Of a stretch of 64,000 bases of DNA, positions 52,184 through 61,400 are shown piece by piece; the stretch's first letter is position 1; every line of letters starts with the position of its first letter. Location: the IMG/VR virus record IMGVR_UViG_3300020045_010460, positions 7,800 to 71,799 of that record. The stretch is one strand, 5' to 3'. This DNA comes from a virus (lineage: Duplodnaviria; Caudoviricetes). Under the pieces are notes generated by a model. It saw nothing but the letters and a program-made list of their open reading frames with translations, was not told where the DNA came from and made no database searches. The translations under genes and the position numbers were made by a program.

Positions 52184-54977
52184 AGTACCTTTGTTTTTCC
52201 TCTTTTTGGCGGTCTTTTGAATAATCTGTTACTTTTTTCAAATAGCCAATGATTCTTGTAGCATAATCAACATTATCACTTCCGCATTTTGTACAATTAC
52301 TTTTTGTATGTTTGTTGATATAATCACAGTCATTACAAACGGTAACTTTTACATTAAAACAAAAATAATTACAGCCTGTACTTGCCGCAACATTCAAAAG
52401 CTTCTTAAACCCTTCTTTCGTAGGATATTCTTCTAAGTTACAATGATAAGCACTTCCCCCGTCCAAATACTTCACATATTCATTTCCGTGCATTCTAAAC
52501 TTATCTAAAACATTATTGGAAGAATTCTCCACAGCATAGAAATAAGAGTTGTAACAGTCTCTGTTTACTACTAAACCGTCTTTTCTATCCCATCCTGCAT
52601 TTTTAACTCCAAGATTTTCGGCAGGAACAAATTCAGTATTAAACATAAATCCATATTCCTCTTTAATCTTCTTATTTTTATCGTAAATAATCTTTAAATT
52701 ACTGTTGATAAATTCTCTGTATTGGTCATTATCCGAAATCTCAATTCCTAAATATTCAGCAGCCTCTACCATCCCATTAATACCGATAGTCAAAAACTGT
52801 TTGTCTAAAGAAATAAATCCTGCATCATATACTGGCAACATTCCTGCTTCTTTATAGTCGGTCATAAGGCTTCTATAAGCAATCTGATACTTATGTACTT
52901 TATCTATAGTATCTGAAAGATTAATTCCTTGCTGAATAATTCTATTCATATTAAGAGTAATTACATTGATAGAGCCTGTTGAAACTCCTCCTGCACCTAG
53001 AGAATAACTGAAAGTATTGTCTGCAACTTTTGACTGAAGCCTACAATTATGAGTTATCATACCATTAGGTAGAGTAAAATAAGGCTCTTCTTTATCTTTC
53101 ATCTCAAAACAATAAACTACATCCTCATTATAATCTTTTAATAAAGCTACTTCATTAACTTTAAAATATAAGTTGCCATTACGTTTTATAAATACATTAC
53201 CCATAGACCTTTTATTTTTAGGATTATACCATCTAATACATTGTACTGCATAATTAGGGCTAAAAGGTTTTTCATCTCTAAATTGTCTAATATCTTCTGT
53301 TCTATCATCAACATCACATATAGTAATATATCCTAACGAATTGCACAGAATTTCCAAATCTACTTTCATCCCAGTGGAAGTTGTATAAATCCTATTTGAA
53401 TTACCTCCATCTGTAATATAGTATCCATCTAAAATACCTTGTCTAAACTCTTGTGACTGTAATAAACAATCCATATTTAATCTTTTTACGTGCGCATATC
53501 TTCCTTCAACCCATCGTGAAATAAAATGATATACTTCTTTATTAGATGTCTTAGCAAATACTGTATTATTTTTTGATGGATATATATTCCAAATATTTTT
53601 ATCTAAGATTTTACTTAGAGTATCTACTTTATCACTATTTAAACTTAGTGTGGTTTCGTAAGACTCAGACCCCTCCTTTTTATATCTTGACCCATCTCCT
53701 AAATATGCCCCAATCAATACTCCTTGTTTATAGGAAAGTTTTTCGTCTTTTTCTGGAAAGGTGTCTAGCACAGAACTGTTAAATAATAAATAGTCTTCTG
53801 TAGTTAGTTCATCAACTCTTTTATCTCCCAATAATGTTGGGAATAGGTGGTCTGCTGTAACTTTTATAGATTTCTTGTTACTTGTAGTTATCTGGAACAT
53901 TTGTTTATCACCTCTATTTACAATAATAGATTTTCCAGCACACCAAGAACCATCGTGGTATATTGTTAAATTCTTTTTATTATCGTGCTTCCTAGTTGCA
54001 ATCTCCTTAAATGTGGTAAATTCCACTCCGTTATTAGAGGTTTTAATCAAACAATGTTCTTCCCCATCAAAGCAACAAGAACTCAAAGTATCTGCATTAT
54101 CAGATTGATAAATGAAGAACGAATTTCCTTCACTTAATTCCTCCGCACAAAAATCTTCAAAATCTTTATCATAAACTTGATTATCTTTTGTTAAAGTTGC
54201 GGCTGTAATTACAGGAAAAGTTAGCACTGCTTTTTCTCTTTCTTTATTAAACCATTTCATAAAGAATTTCTGTAATTTACTTACATTTTCGTATTTTGGG
54301 GAACTGTTATCAGGAAAGATAAATGCTTCAAATAGAGACTCAAAATAATACTTATCATAAAGAGATATATTCCAAAAACAACTCTGATACCCCCTTGCTG
54401 CTGCGGGTTGATTAATAGCGTAAATTACGTGCTGTAACTCGTTTTTAATTATCTCTGTGTGTGTTTCCAAGTAGTTTTCTCCATAATCCTTTTTTGCGAA
54501 ATAATCAAAATACATCAAAAACTCAACTGTTGCGACTGCTCCTGCAAATTGAGAAGATACTGAAAACAAAAAATTTACAAACGTTCCGCAGAAGCTTGCA
54601 AGATGTTTAGGAGCTTTACTTTCGCCACCTAACTTAACTAACCCGTCAAATAAGAGCGGATACATTGTCACACTAACACAATAAGGTTTTAGTGAAGTTT
54701 CATCGTTAATATAAATTTCGTGAGCTTCTATCTGTCTGACATACTCTAAAGATAACTCTTCGCCAAATAAATCTTTAATTTTTTCTGATATCAATAACCT
54801 ATTAACTTGAATATTAATATCTTTGTTTAATTCTGCCTCCAAAGTTGCAACATTTTTATTTGATACATTGGCGTTTGAATCAAATAACGACCCACTGGAA
54901 GCATTGTGGGAAGATATGTAGTTTTTAATAAAATTTACTTTTGTTTGGGTTTGTTTCTGTGTTAATTTTGTGTACAT
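52170..54977 (-). CDS. nrdD: Class III anaerobic ribonucleoside-triphosphate reductase with intein
   Basis: SSC|intein|CRL active-site finger, NTEFVPAENLG, C-terminal CxxC..CxxC and glycyl-radical motif TRIIGYL. Confidence 0.92.
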   Translation of the reverse strand: MYTKLTQKQTQTKVNFIKNYISSHNASSGSLFDSNANVSNKNVATLEAELNKDINIQVNRLLISEKIKDLFGEELSLEYVRQIEAHEIYINDETSLKPYCVSVTMYPLLFDGLVKLGGESKAPKHLASFCGTFVNFLFSVSSQFAGAVATVEFLMYFDYFAKKDYGENYLETHTEIIKNELQHVIYAINQPAAARGYQSCFWNISLYDKYYFESLFEAFIFPDNSSPKYENVSKLQKFFMKWFNKEREKAVLTFPVITAATLTKDNQVYDKDFEDFCAEELSEGNSFFIYQSDNADTLSSCCFDGEEHCLIKTSNNGVEFTTFKEIATRKHDNKKNLTIYHDGSWCAGKSIIVNRGDKQMFQITTSNKKSIKVTADHLFPTLLGDKRVDELTTEDYLLFNSSVLDTFPEKDEKLSYKQGVLIGAYLGDGSRYKKEGSESYETTLSLNSDKVDTLSKILDKNIWNIYPSKNNTVFAKTSNKEVYHFISRWVEGRYAHVKRLNMDCLLQSQEFRQGILDGYYITDGGNSNRIYTTSTGMKVDLEILCNSLGYITICDVDDRTEDIRQFRDEKPFSPNYAVQCIRWYNPKNKRSMGNVFIKRNGNLYFKVNEVALLKDYNEDVVYCFEMKDKEEPYFTLPNGMITHNCRLQSKVADNTFSYSLGAGGVSTGSINVITLNMNRIIQQGINLSDTIDKVHKYQIAYRSLMTDYKEAGMLPVYDAGFISLDKQFLTIGINGMVEAAEYLGIEISDNDQYREFINSNLKIIYDKNKKIKEEYGFMFNTEFVPAENLGVKNAGWDRKDGLVVNRDCYNSYFYAVENSSNNVLDKFRMHGNEYVKYLDGGSAYHCNLEEYPTKEGFKKLLNVAASTGCNYFCFNVKVTVCNDCDYINKHTKSNCTKCGSDNVDYATRIIGYLKKVTDYSKDRQKEEKQRYYAEV
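53046..54074 (-). mobile_element. Intein (343 aa) with LAGLIDADG endonuclease
   Basis: Starts CFDGEE, block B VTADHLF, LAGLIDADG-like LIGAYLGDG and GILDGYYITDG, ends ITHN before the Cys +1. Confidence 0.9.
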
Positions 54978-54980
54978 TAT

Positions 54981-56498
54981 TTAGTTTTGATTGTTATTCA
55001 TTTTTGAGGCGACAACTATGCAGTCCGTTTCATTATACTCCCTGATTGTAGAGTAGACAAATTTTCTATCTATATTTAGAAACTCTGCTACTTTTCTTGC
55101 ACTTCTTCCTTTCTGATAAAACTCTATTATTTTAAATTTCTTAGGGTGATTTCTATTGTAAGCTATTCTTGCAGAACCTGCCGTTGTAAAATTTACTATT
55201 TCTTCCACTTGAATTTTATTGAACGTCATTTTTTTATTTTTGAATCGCCCTTTTATGCCAAGAAATCTTACTCTATCTGTTAGCTTAGAGTAGCTTATAT
55301 TATATTTTTCGCTTATTTGCTGGTAAGTCTGATTCATTTACGTAAAAGTATCGATATTTGCTGTCCTTATATTCTTCTTCAATTGTTGTTCCTTTGTCTA
55401 GTTTTCTAAAGGAATATGGTGGTTTATCTTCTGTGGCGGCAATAAACGTGGCATCTCCGTACCCGCAAATTATTCCTGAATACGTTCCGAATTTTACTGT
55501 TTTGCCTTTTATGGCTTTGTAGACTCTGTTCATTTTTTAATTATTTAAGATAGAAAAACCTCCCGTCTGTAGGAGGTTATGTTTTGCAAATTTACAACTA
55601 TTTTTATTAGTGTGCAAATTAATTATTATTTAAAATTGTTTAAAGCTCCTATCTAATTCACTAATCAAATTAAATATCTTATCTTCTTTCTCTATAATTT
55701 CTTTAAGAGTTTTTGAACTGTTTAGAGATTGATTTACGTACTCTTTTAATGACTGAGCAATTCTTGGATGATACCACCTATCTTCAAAGATATAGTCTTC
55801 TGTCTCTCCTGTTTTAACTTTTTTGCCGTCCCTAACTTCTGTTTTTTCTCGCTGACGAGTTTCTGAGAATGTTAGAATTACCCCATTATCTGAATCTGGT
55901 GTTAGAGTGTATTTCTCATCTAATACTATTACTTTATTATTTTTAAACGCTTTATTCATATTTATTTGTTTTTATAAGTTTCATTATAATATTCCTCTTC
56001 TGATTCAAAATCTTTATTTCCAATAGTGTTGTAATAAGTACCTTCTCGATAAGCATCAATAATTTGCTGTTTTTCTTTTTCTAGTAACTCAGATGCTAAT
56101 CCGTGAAACATTTTGCACACATTGAGTAAATAAGTGTGTCTGTTTCTTTCTATGTTAGAACTGTCAGAGTTGCTTAATTCACTTTCGTGCGTTTGAATTC
56201 CTAAATTTGCACGTTCTATAATTTCCTGTATTGCTGTTTTCATAGTATCTTAATTTAATTGAAATTCTTCTTTTAATTTTTCTATTGCGAGCTCTGCTTC
56301 AGCTTTCTCATCTAATAACTCTGTAAAACGGCAACAAAGTTTAGAGCCAAGTCCTTCAATGTAGTAACATACTTCACCTCCTTCTCCTATAAAAGATTTC
56401 CCTCTGGTTATATAGACTTCACCTTCTTTCAGTCCACCACCTGCATGGCTGATATTGTTTGTTTTTATGGTTTTGTTATTTATGCAAAGCAACTTCAT
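54981..56498 (-). CDS. Small proteins (54981-55337 HTH-like; 55300-55533; 55630-55959; 55962-56243; 56250-56498)
   Basis: GRSARKVAEFLNIDRKFVY suggests an HTH in the first; others unassigned. Confidence 0.5.
55557..55578 (-). terminator. Probable terminator hairpin
   Basis: AACCTCC/GGAGGTT stem with a T-run on the minus strand. Confidence 0.55.
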
Positions 56499-56696
56499 AA
56501 TGTTTGTTTTTAAATTTCTTCTACAAATATACGGCTAATTTTCAAATTAAACAAGGCAATTGGTTATTATTTTTGTAATTTATATTCGTTCTAAATAACT
56601 GTTTTTTATCTTTTTTTACATAGCTTCCACCACTAATTAAACTATAAATTTCTTCCGTTTCTCTTATTACTTTATCTGTTTCTTTCCGCCAGATAT

Positions 56697-57224
56697 TTAT
56701 TTACCTTTTGACCTAAGCTTTTTACGTTGGATTCTTCTTCTTATCCAAAGTTCCGCAGACTTTTTATCATCAAACCCTTTAATAATGCCGTGTACTGACT
56801 TAGCCAACTTAGTTAATTTCTTAGCGTTGAAAGGTTTTGAGTAAACTTCTTGAAGAGTTTCAGATTCAATTGCTATAAATTCATATTTATGTAGTTTCTT
56901 TACCTTCTCTAAAGTTTTATTATTTTTTGATTTTTCTTTAGGAGGCTTTTGTCTGAAAAAAGAACCAATAGGTTTCTTATCGTGCTCTTTTTGATGACAA
57001 GTTCTGCAAAGCGTTACTAAACAATCGTCGGGCACATCCCAAGGCATTCTGTCTTTTAAATAATATGTGTGATGTACTTCTAAATTATCCTTACAAGGAC
57101 ACTTAGTACATTTATAGTTATCTCTTTCTTTTATTACCTTTGTCTTACTTATCCATTGAGGAGATTTTAAAGCCTCATTATAATCTTCTTTATTCATTTT
57201 ATTTTTGGCGTGTATATACAACAA
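56697..57224 (-). CDS. HNH endonuclease
   Basis: KERDNYKCTKC...LEVHHTYY...CLVTLCRTCHQKEH. Confidence 0.8.
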   Translation of the reverse strand: MLYIHAKNKMNKEDYNEALKSPQWISKTKVIKERDNYKCTKCPCKDNLEVHHTYYLKDRMPWDVPDDCLVTLCRTCHQKEHDKKPIGSFFRQKPPKEKSKNNKTLEKVKKLHKYEFIAIESETLQEVYSKPFNAKKLTKLAKSVHGIIKGFDDKKSAELWIRRRIQRKKLRSKGK

Positions 57225-57278
57225 TTTTATCCAAATTACCTTTAGATATTTTAATCTGTACCAACTATTGAGAGTATC

Positions 57279-58145
57279 TTATTGCTTAGATAGATAGAAA
57301 CAGAAATCAAAGTCTAAATGCTTTAACTCTTTTAACTCCTCTTTTGGCTTATTAAATTCGGTTGTTGTGAACTTTGAAATTAATTCTCTATATAGTTTGC
57401 CGTTTTTAAATACTAAAGTGTTGTCTCCTGCATATCTTAAACTTAAATATTCTTTTTGTGAACATCTTTTTAAGAATTCAAACTGTCTTTTAACTTTAAT
57501 TATTCCCGCAGTTACAAGTTTATTTTTCCAATAATTTCCTGAACTCTTGCTTTTTGTTTCGCCGAATTTTAATTTAGAGAATCCTTGATTTGACAATATA
57601 GTATTAGCATTGAATGTTTTTTGGTCTTTGGCGTAATCCTTATCTGTATCTCTCCAAGCCCTTCTAAACTTGAATTGTTGCGGAGATAAATTATAGCCTT
57701 TAGCCATTTTCTCAATTATCTTATTTTGCTCATAGCGTCTATCAATCCGATTCTTCTGATTTTGCTCCATTTTCATAACTCTCACTCTAAAACTGAATAA
57801 TTTTGTTTCTTTGTAAGTGCCAATCTCTATTGGAACGGTTTTTACTCTTCCTCTCTTATATAATTTGTTTATTTTATTTGTGCCTGTTAAACAGAAATTA
57901 CCTTTTTTGTCAAACTTACATAACCGTTCTTTCATTAAGATTTTAATATATTTTCTTAATGTTGTTACAGACAGATTAGTTTTTGATTTTAAAGTGTGAT
58001 AAATACTTCTGTTATCTTCTTTGTATATTTTTATTGCGGAACTTTTAGCATACTTCAACTTACTATAAACAGCAATCAAGTTGTCTCCTCCGAGCTCAAA
58101 TAAGTCGGCGTAAAGTCTTGAATTAATGTTTGTGTATTGTAGCAT
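57279..58145 (-). CDS. Basic DNA-binding protein with HTH-like segments (possible replication initiator or regulator)
   Basis: Very Lys-rich; LKSKTNLSVTTLRKYIKILMKERL winged-HTH-like pattern; long structured leader. Confidence 0.4.
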   Translation of the reverse strand: MLQYTNINSRLYADLFELGGDNLIAVYSKLKYAKSSAIKIYKEDNRSIYHTLKSKTNLSVTTLRKYIKILMKERLCKFDKKGNFCLTGTNKINKLYKRGRVKTVPIEIGTYKETKLFSFRVRVMKMEQNQKNRIDRRYEQNKIIEKMAKGYNLSPQQFKFRRAWRDTDKDYAKDQKTFNANTILSNQGFSKLKFGETKSKSSGNYWKNKLVTAGIIKVKRQFEFLKRCSQKEYLSLRYAGDNTLVFKNGKLYRELISKFTTTEFNKPKEELKELKHLDFDFCFYLSKQ

Positions 58146-58348
58146 AAAAAATTCCCTAGAAATGCAAAAACGGATAAAGAGCTCTCACACATCTTGTATC
58201 CGTTCGTTTTCTAAGGAATTAGCCTTATTATCTTACGATTTTAGAGGTGAGAGTTAAAATCAAATTTCCGCAATAAAAAGAAACAGAATTTTCCATTTCT
58301 AAGGCAAATATACAGCTTTAATACAACGTACACAAATACCTTACTAAA

Positions 58349-58906
58349 TCACTTTAGCCTATATCCATAATTAGTAAGTCTTATTTTTCCATCATCAACT
58401 AAATCTTCTATTTCTCTACGTACTGAATAAACTGAACAACCGTATTTATCAGTTATATCTTTTCTGTTTATTGTTTCTTTAGTGTTGAAGAGAGTTAATA
58501 TCTGTTCTTTGTTTATTTTGTTGTATTTTTTCATTTTCGCCTCAAAAAAGTTATAAAGACAGCTTAATATAACTAAACACAGCTACTACAATAATACAAA
58601 CACAAGTAACTGTTAATCCAAATATTAAATTAGAATGTTTTGAATGGTCTTTTGAAACAATCCATTTTTCTATTTTAGTTCTTTTCATTATTTTAAAATG
58701 TTAAAAAATTTCGCCCAGAAAAAGGCTTGGTAGAATAAAGAGCTGTAAAATCCCCACATACCCACCAACTGTAAAATTATTGGTGTTTTAATAGTAAATG
58801 CCTCTGTAAAAGTTTCTAAAGACTTAGTGAATAGAGGTGTATGTGATAGTAAATATATTACTCCGAATACAAATGTAAAGCTAAATAAGAAATCTGTTGT
58901 TGTCAT
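58349..58906 (-). CDS. Small proteins (58349-58534 DeoR-type HTH-like; 58688-58906 membrane protein)
   Basis: INRKDITDKYGCSVYSVRREIEDL; two hydrophobic helices in the second. Confidence 0.5.
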
Positions 58907-59073
58907 AGTTTTTGTTTTAAAGTTTTTAAATAAAGAAACAGTATGCTCTATACACCAACCCTCTGAATCTTTAAAATAATAGCTTACCTATTAGCACGAG
59001 TCTGAAACGCTTCGAGTGTCTGAACATCCGCATACTTCTCAGTAACTTTATTGTCCAATTTATTCGGAATTCG

Positions 59074-59217
59074 TGGAAGTAGAGAGAATCGAACTCCCCT
59101 ATGATATGTCACTTACTCCAACCAACTTTCACTTGTTGTACACCTTGGAATTTTACGATTGACCATCACAATATCACCACTCACTGCTTTTGGAGCGACC
59201 TCAACAGCTATACCCCC
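59074..59217 (-). ncRNA. tRNA-Ala-like structured RNA (144 nt) with enlarged D- and anticodon-arm regions
   Basis: 5' GGGGGTA pairs with 3' TACTTCC (G3.U70, discriminator A); T-arm GGGAG-TTCGATT-CTCTC; no ORF of 60 aa or more across 58907-59742. Confidence 0.5.
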
Positions 59218-59479
59218 ATAAAGGCGATTTTTACAGATATCGCGAAACTGTTTTGAAAAACTTAATAATAACGCCGTCGGAAGCTTTTTAAATTAAGTTG
59301 TATAAAATAACCTCTCTATAGCCATAGATAATTGCAATCCCTTGTGAGAATAAGGAGCTAACACTTACTCCATTGGTTGCCCAATATAAAGAGGTTTACA
59401 GCGGGTGCTGTCACTTGTCAATTTCGGTAGCTCTCACAAGCAATATTTTACTAAAGTTGTGAGTCGAGCTTTCAATAAT

Positions 59480-59629
59480 TTATGCGCCGTAAAAGTGTTG
59501 CTCAATAGCTTCTTCTACTTCGTCTTTGTCCAAATCACAATCATCTTCACAATATTGTAAGAAACTGTCCATTTCTCCATATTGATTTAAATAGTCGTGC
59601 ATTAATTCTAGTAATTTTTCTGTGTCCAT
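59480..59629 (-). CDS. 49-aa acidic hypothetical protein (not in ORF track)
   Basis: MDTEKLLELMHDYLNQYGEMDSFLQYCEDDCDLDKDEVEEAIEQHFYGA, after an A-rich leader. Confidence 0.5.
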   Translation of the reverse strand: MDTEKLLELMHDYLNQYGEMDSFLQYCEDDCDLDKDEVEEAIEQHFYGA

Positions 59630-59742
59630 TTTTTATTTATTTTAGTTTATTTTTGCCGCGAAAAAAGTTAAAAACAGATTCTTTAATTCTCTACAAAGAG
59701 AGTCATTTTAAATGTAACCACCAAGTGTTTTTCTGTTTATTT

Positions 59743-60459
59743 TTAAACTTTTTTTGCGCCGAAGTACTTTTCAAAACAAGTGAAGTACTCACTAATCTCG
59801 CTCACCACCCTATTCACTTTATCTAAGGCATATTTAACTCTCTCCTCAGTATAATCTAAAGGGATATAAAATTGTTCTGTTGATAAGTTAAGTGGAGGTT
59901 TAATGTGTGAACCTGTTCTTCTACAAAACCAAACTCCCATATTATTTATAGTGTAACCTTCCAATACTAAAGCATAAGCATATAAAATAAGTTGTATATA
60001 ACTTTCTTTTTTATATTCTGACTCTTTCCCTGCCCCGCCAGTTTTAATATCGGCAACGTCTGCTAAAAGAGGAGAAAGTTCTCGCATAATATCTATAAAA
60101 CCAATTATGACGTATTCTCCCATATCTATAAGAATCATTCTCTCATATTTATCACCTTCTTTTCTCTCAATTAAACTGATATTTTCCCCACCAGTAAAGC
60201 CGTAATTATTAGGCTGAATTTCTCCGTGTTCCACGCTAGTACCCACCCAAGAGCCAAAACTGCCATAAATAGAGTCAGGTAATTTAATTCCTGCTAATTT
60301 CTGTTTGATAAAATCTGTTCTATAATCTTCCCAAGAAGAGACTGTTGAATATGAAATATAAAACTTTCCTAAATGAGGCTCTATAAGCTCTTTATTATTT
60401 TCGTAAAACCAACAATCTTTATTCAGCCTTGAAGGTAAGTCTATTTTTGTTTTTGCCAT
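59743..60459 (-). CDS. PD-(D/E)XK (RecB/Cas4-like) nuclease
   Basis: IIGFIDIM...VADIKTG...YIQLILYAYAL. Confidence 0.8.
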   Translation of the reverse strand: MAKTKIDLPSRLNKDCWFYENNKELIEPHLGKFYISYSTVSSWEDYRTDFIKQKLAGIKLPDSIYGSFGSWVGTSVEHGEIQPNNYGFTGGENISLIERKEGDKYERMILIDMGEYVIIGFIDIMRELSPLLADVADIKTGGAGKESEYKKESYIQLILYAYALVLEGYTINNMGVWFCRRTGSHIKPPLNLSTEQFYIPLDYTEERVKYALDKVNRVVSEISEYFTCFEKYFGAKKV

Positions 60460-61400
60460 TATATTGTTGCTAGAAAGTTATCTACTTCTTTTGTTTTTTT
60501 CTCTATTGTTGCTTTTGAGTCCTGAGCGTTATTTATAAAATCATTTTGACAATAAACTCCTAAAATGATTTCTCTAACAATTTCTCTATCTCGCTTAGTT
60601 AGTTTCTTTTTCTTTAGTTGTTTTTCTAATCCCGCGCGAACTTCTAAAGTCATAGCTTGGGACTCCCACAATAAAGCTAAAAAATTAACAGGTTTAACTT
60701 CTTCAACAGCTTCTACATATAATTCATTACAAGTAAAATCTTCAACTACAGCTTCTCCTACAATTAATCTATGAACATTTACTAAAGTATAAATCTCATC
60801 AACTGCTGAATTTTTCAACTCTTCTAATTTTCCTGCTTTATAGTAAGTAAATTCATCTACAGATTCAATAAAATTTGTTTCTAGTCCATAAATCCAAGCA
60901 ATCTCTTTTAAGTTGTTTTTGTAATTTCCCGCTCCAGAATAATAGTCTCTTACACAAAATCCTTGTAAGTTCCAAGGGCGCAACCCTTTGTAATTCAATC
61001 CCACGGGCATTGTAGTTCTAATACCATTTTTATCAATCCTAGTACCTAAATAAGGTAGAATATATTCCGCACCAAAATGAGTTACGATATAATCTTTGAA
61101 ACGGTCTTTTTTAAGGGTATTTAAAAATGTCTGAATTAAGTCCTTTTCATTCCCCGTGTAATAAATAACCTTAACTATATTATCCTCTACAATAGCAACA
61201 GTTAAAGAAAATATGCGTGAGAATAACGGATTTTTCCAAGCGTTTAATCTGTAATGTTCAACAGTTTCTTGTATTGTCATTAGCTCTCTTGTCTCGTAGT
61301 TTTTCTTAAAGTGTTCTCTGTACAAATCATACTCCTTAGATTCTATTTCTAATTCATCTGTTTGATTAATTGATTGCAACTTCCAATAAATATTTCCCAT
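60459..61400 (-). CDS. RNase H-fold 3'-5' exonuclease-like protein, apparently degenerate
   Basis: FSRIFSLTVA, EKDLIQTF, IVTHFGAEYILPYL, NLKEIAWIYG resemble PolB-exo-like proteins; the Exo I DxE is absent (YWKLQS). Confidence 0.45.
   Translation of the reverse strand: MGNIYWKLQSINQTDELEIESKEYDLYREHFKKNYETRELMTIQETVEHYRLNAWKNPLFSRIFSLTVAIVEDNIVKVIYYTGNEKDLIQTFLNTLKKDRFKDYIVTHFGAEYILPYLGTRIDKNGIRTTMPVGLNYKGLRPWNLQGFCVRDYYSGAGNYKNNLKEIAWIYGLETNFIESVDEFTYYKAGKLEELKNSAVDEIYTLVNVHRLIVGEAVVEDFTCNELYVEAVEEVKPVNFLALLWESQAMTLEVRAGLEKQLKKKKLTKRDREIVREIILGVYCQNDFINNAQDSKATIEKKTKEVDNFLATI

Larger units (their letters stand above)
33331..56598. promoter_or_regulatory. Five 23-bp imperfect palindromes TTATTTAnAAT-N-ATTCTAAATAA (33331, 40462, 46403, 51719, 56576)
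   Basis: Found by eye; all intergenic or at gene ends. Confidence 0.6.

Noticed and set aside
33331-56598. Palindromes as Xer/dif or lox-type recombination sites
   Set aside because: The symmetry has a 1-bp centre rather than a 6-8-bp spacer, and the promoter-linked spacing fits a regulator site better. Not fully excluded.
59395-59415. Cobalamin riboswitch (ACAGCACCCGCTGTAA resembles part of the core)
   Set aside because: The GGGAA/T-loop elements are absent and no B12-related gene follows.
59074-59440. Standard one-piece or permuted tmRNA
   Set aside because: The tmRNA-like 5' candidate GAGAGCT-ACCGAAATTGAC does not pair with the TACTTCC acceptor strand; the downstream AGAAGTA lacks G3.U70; no ALAA-type tag frame was found.
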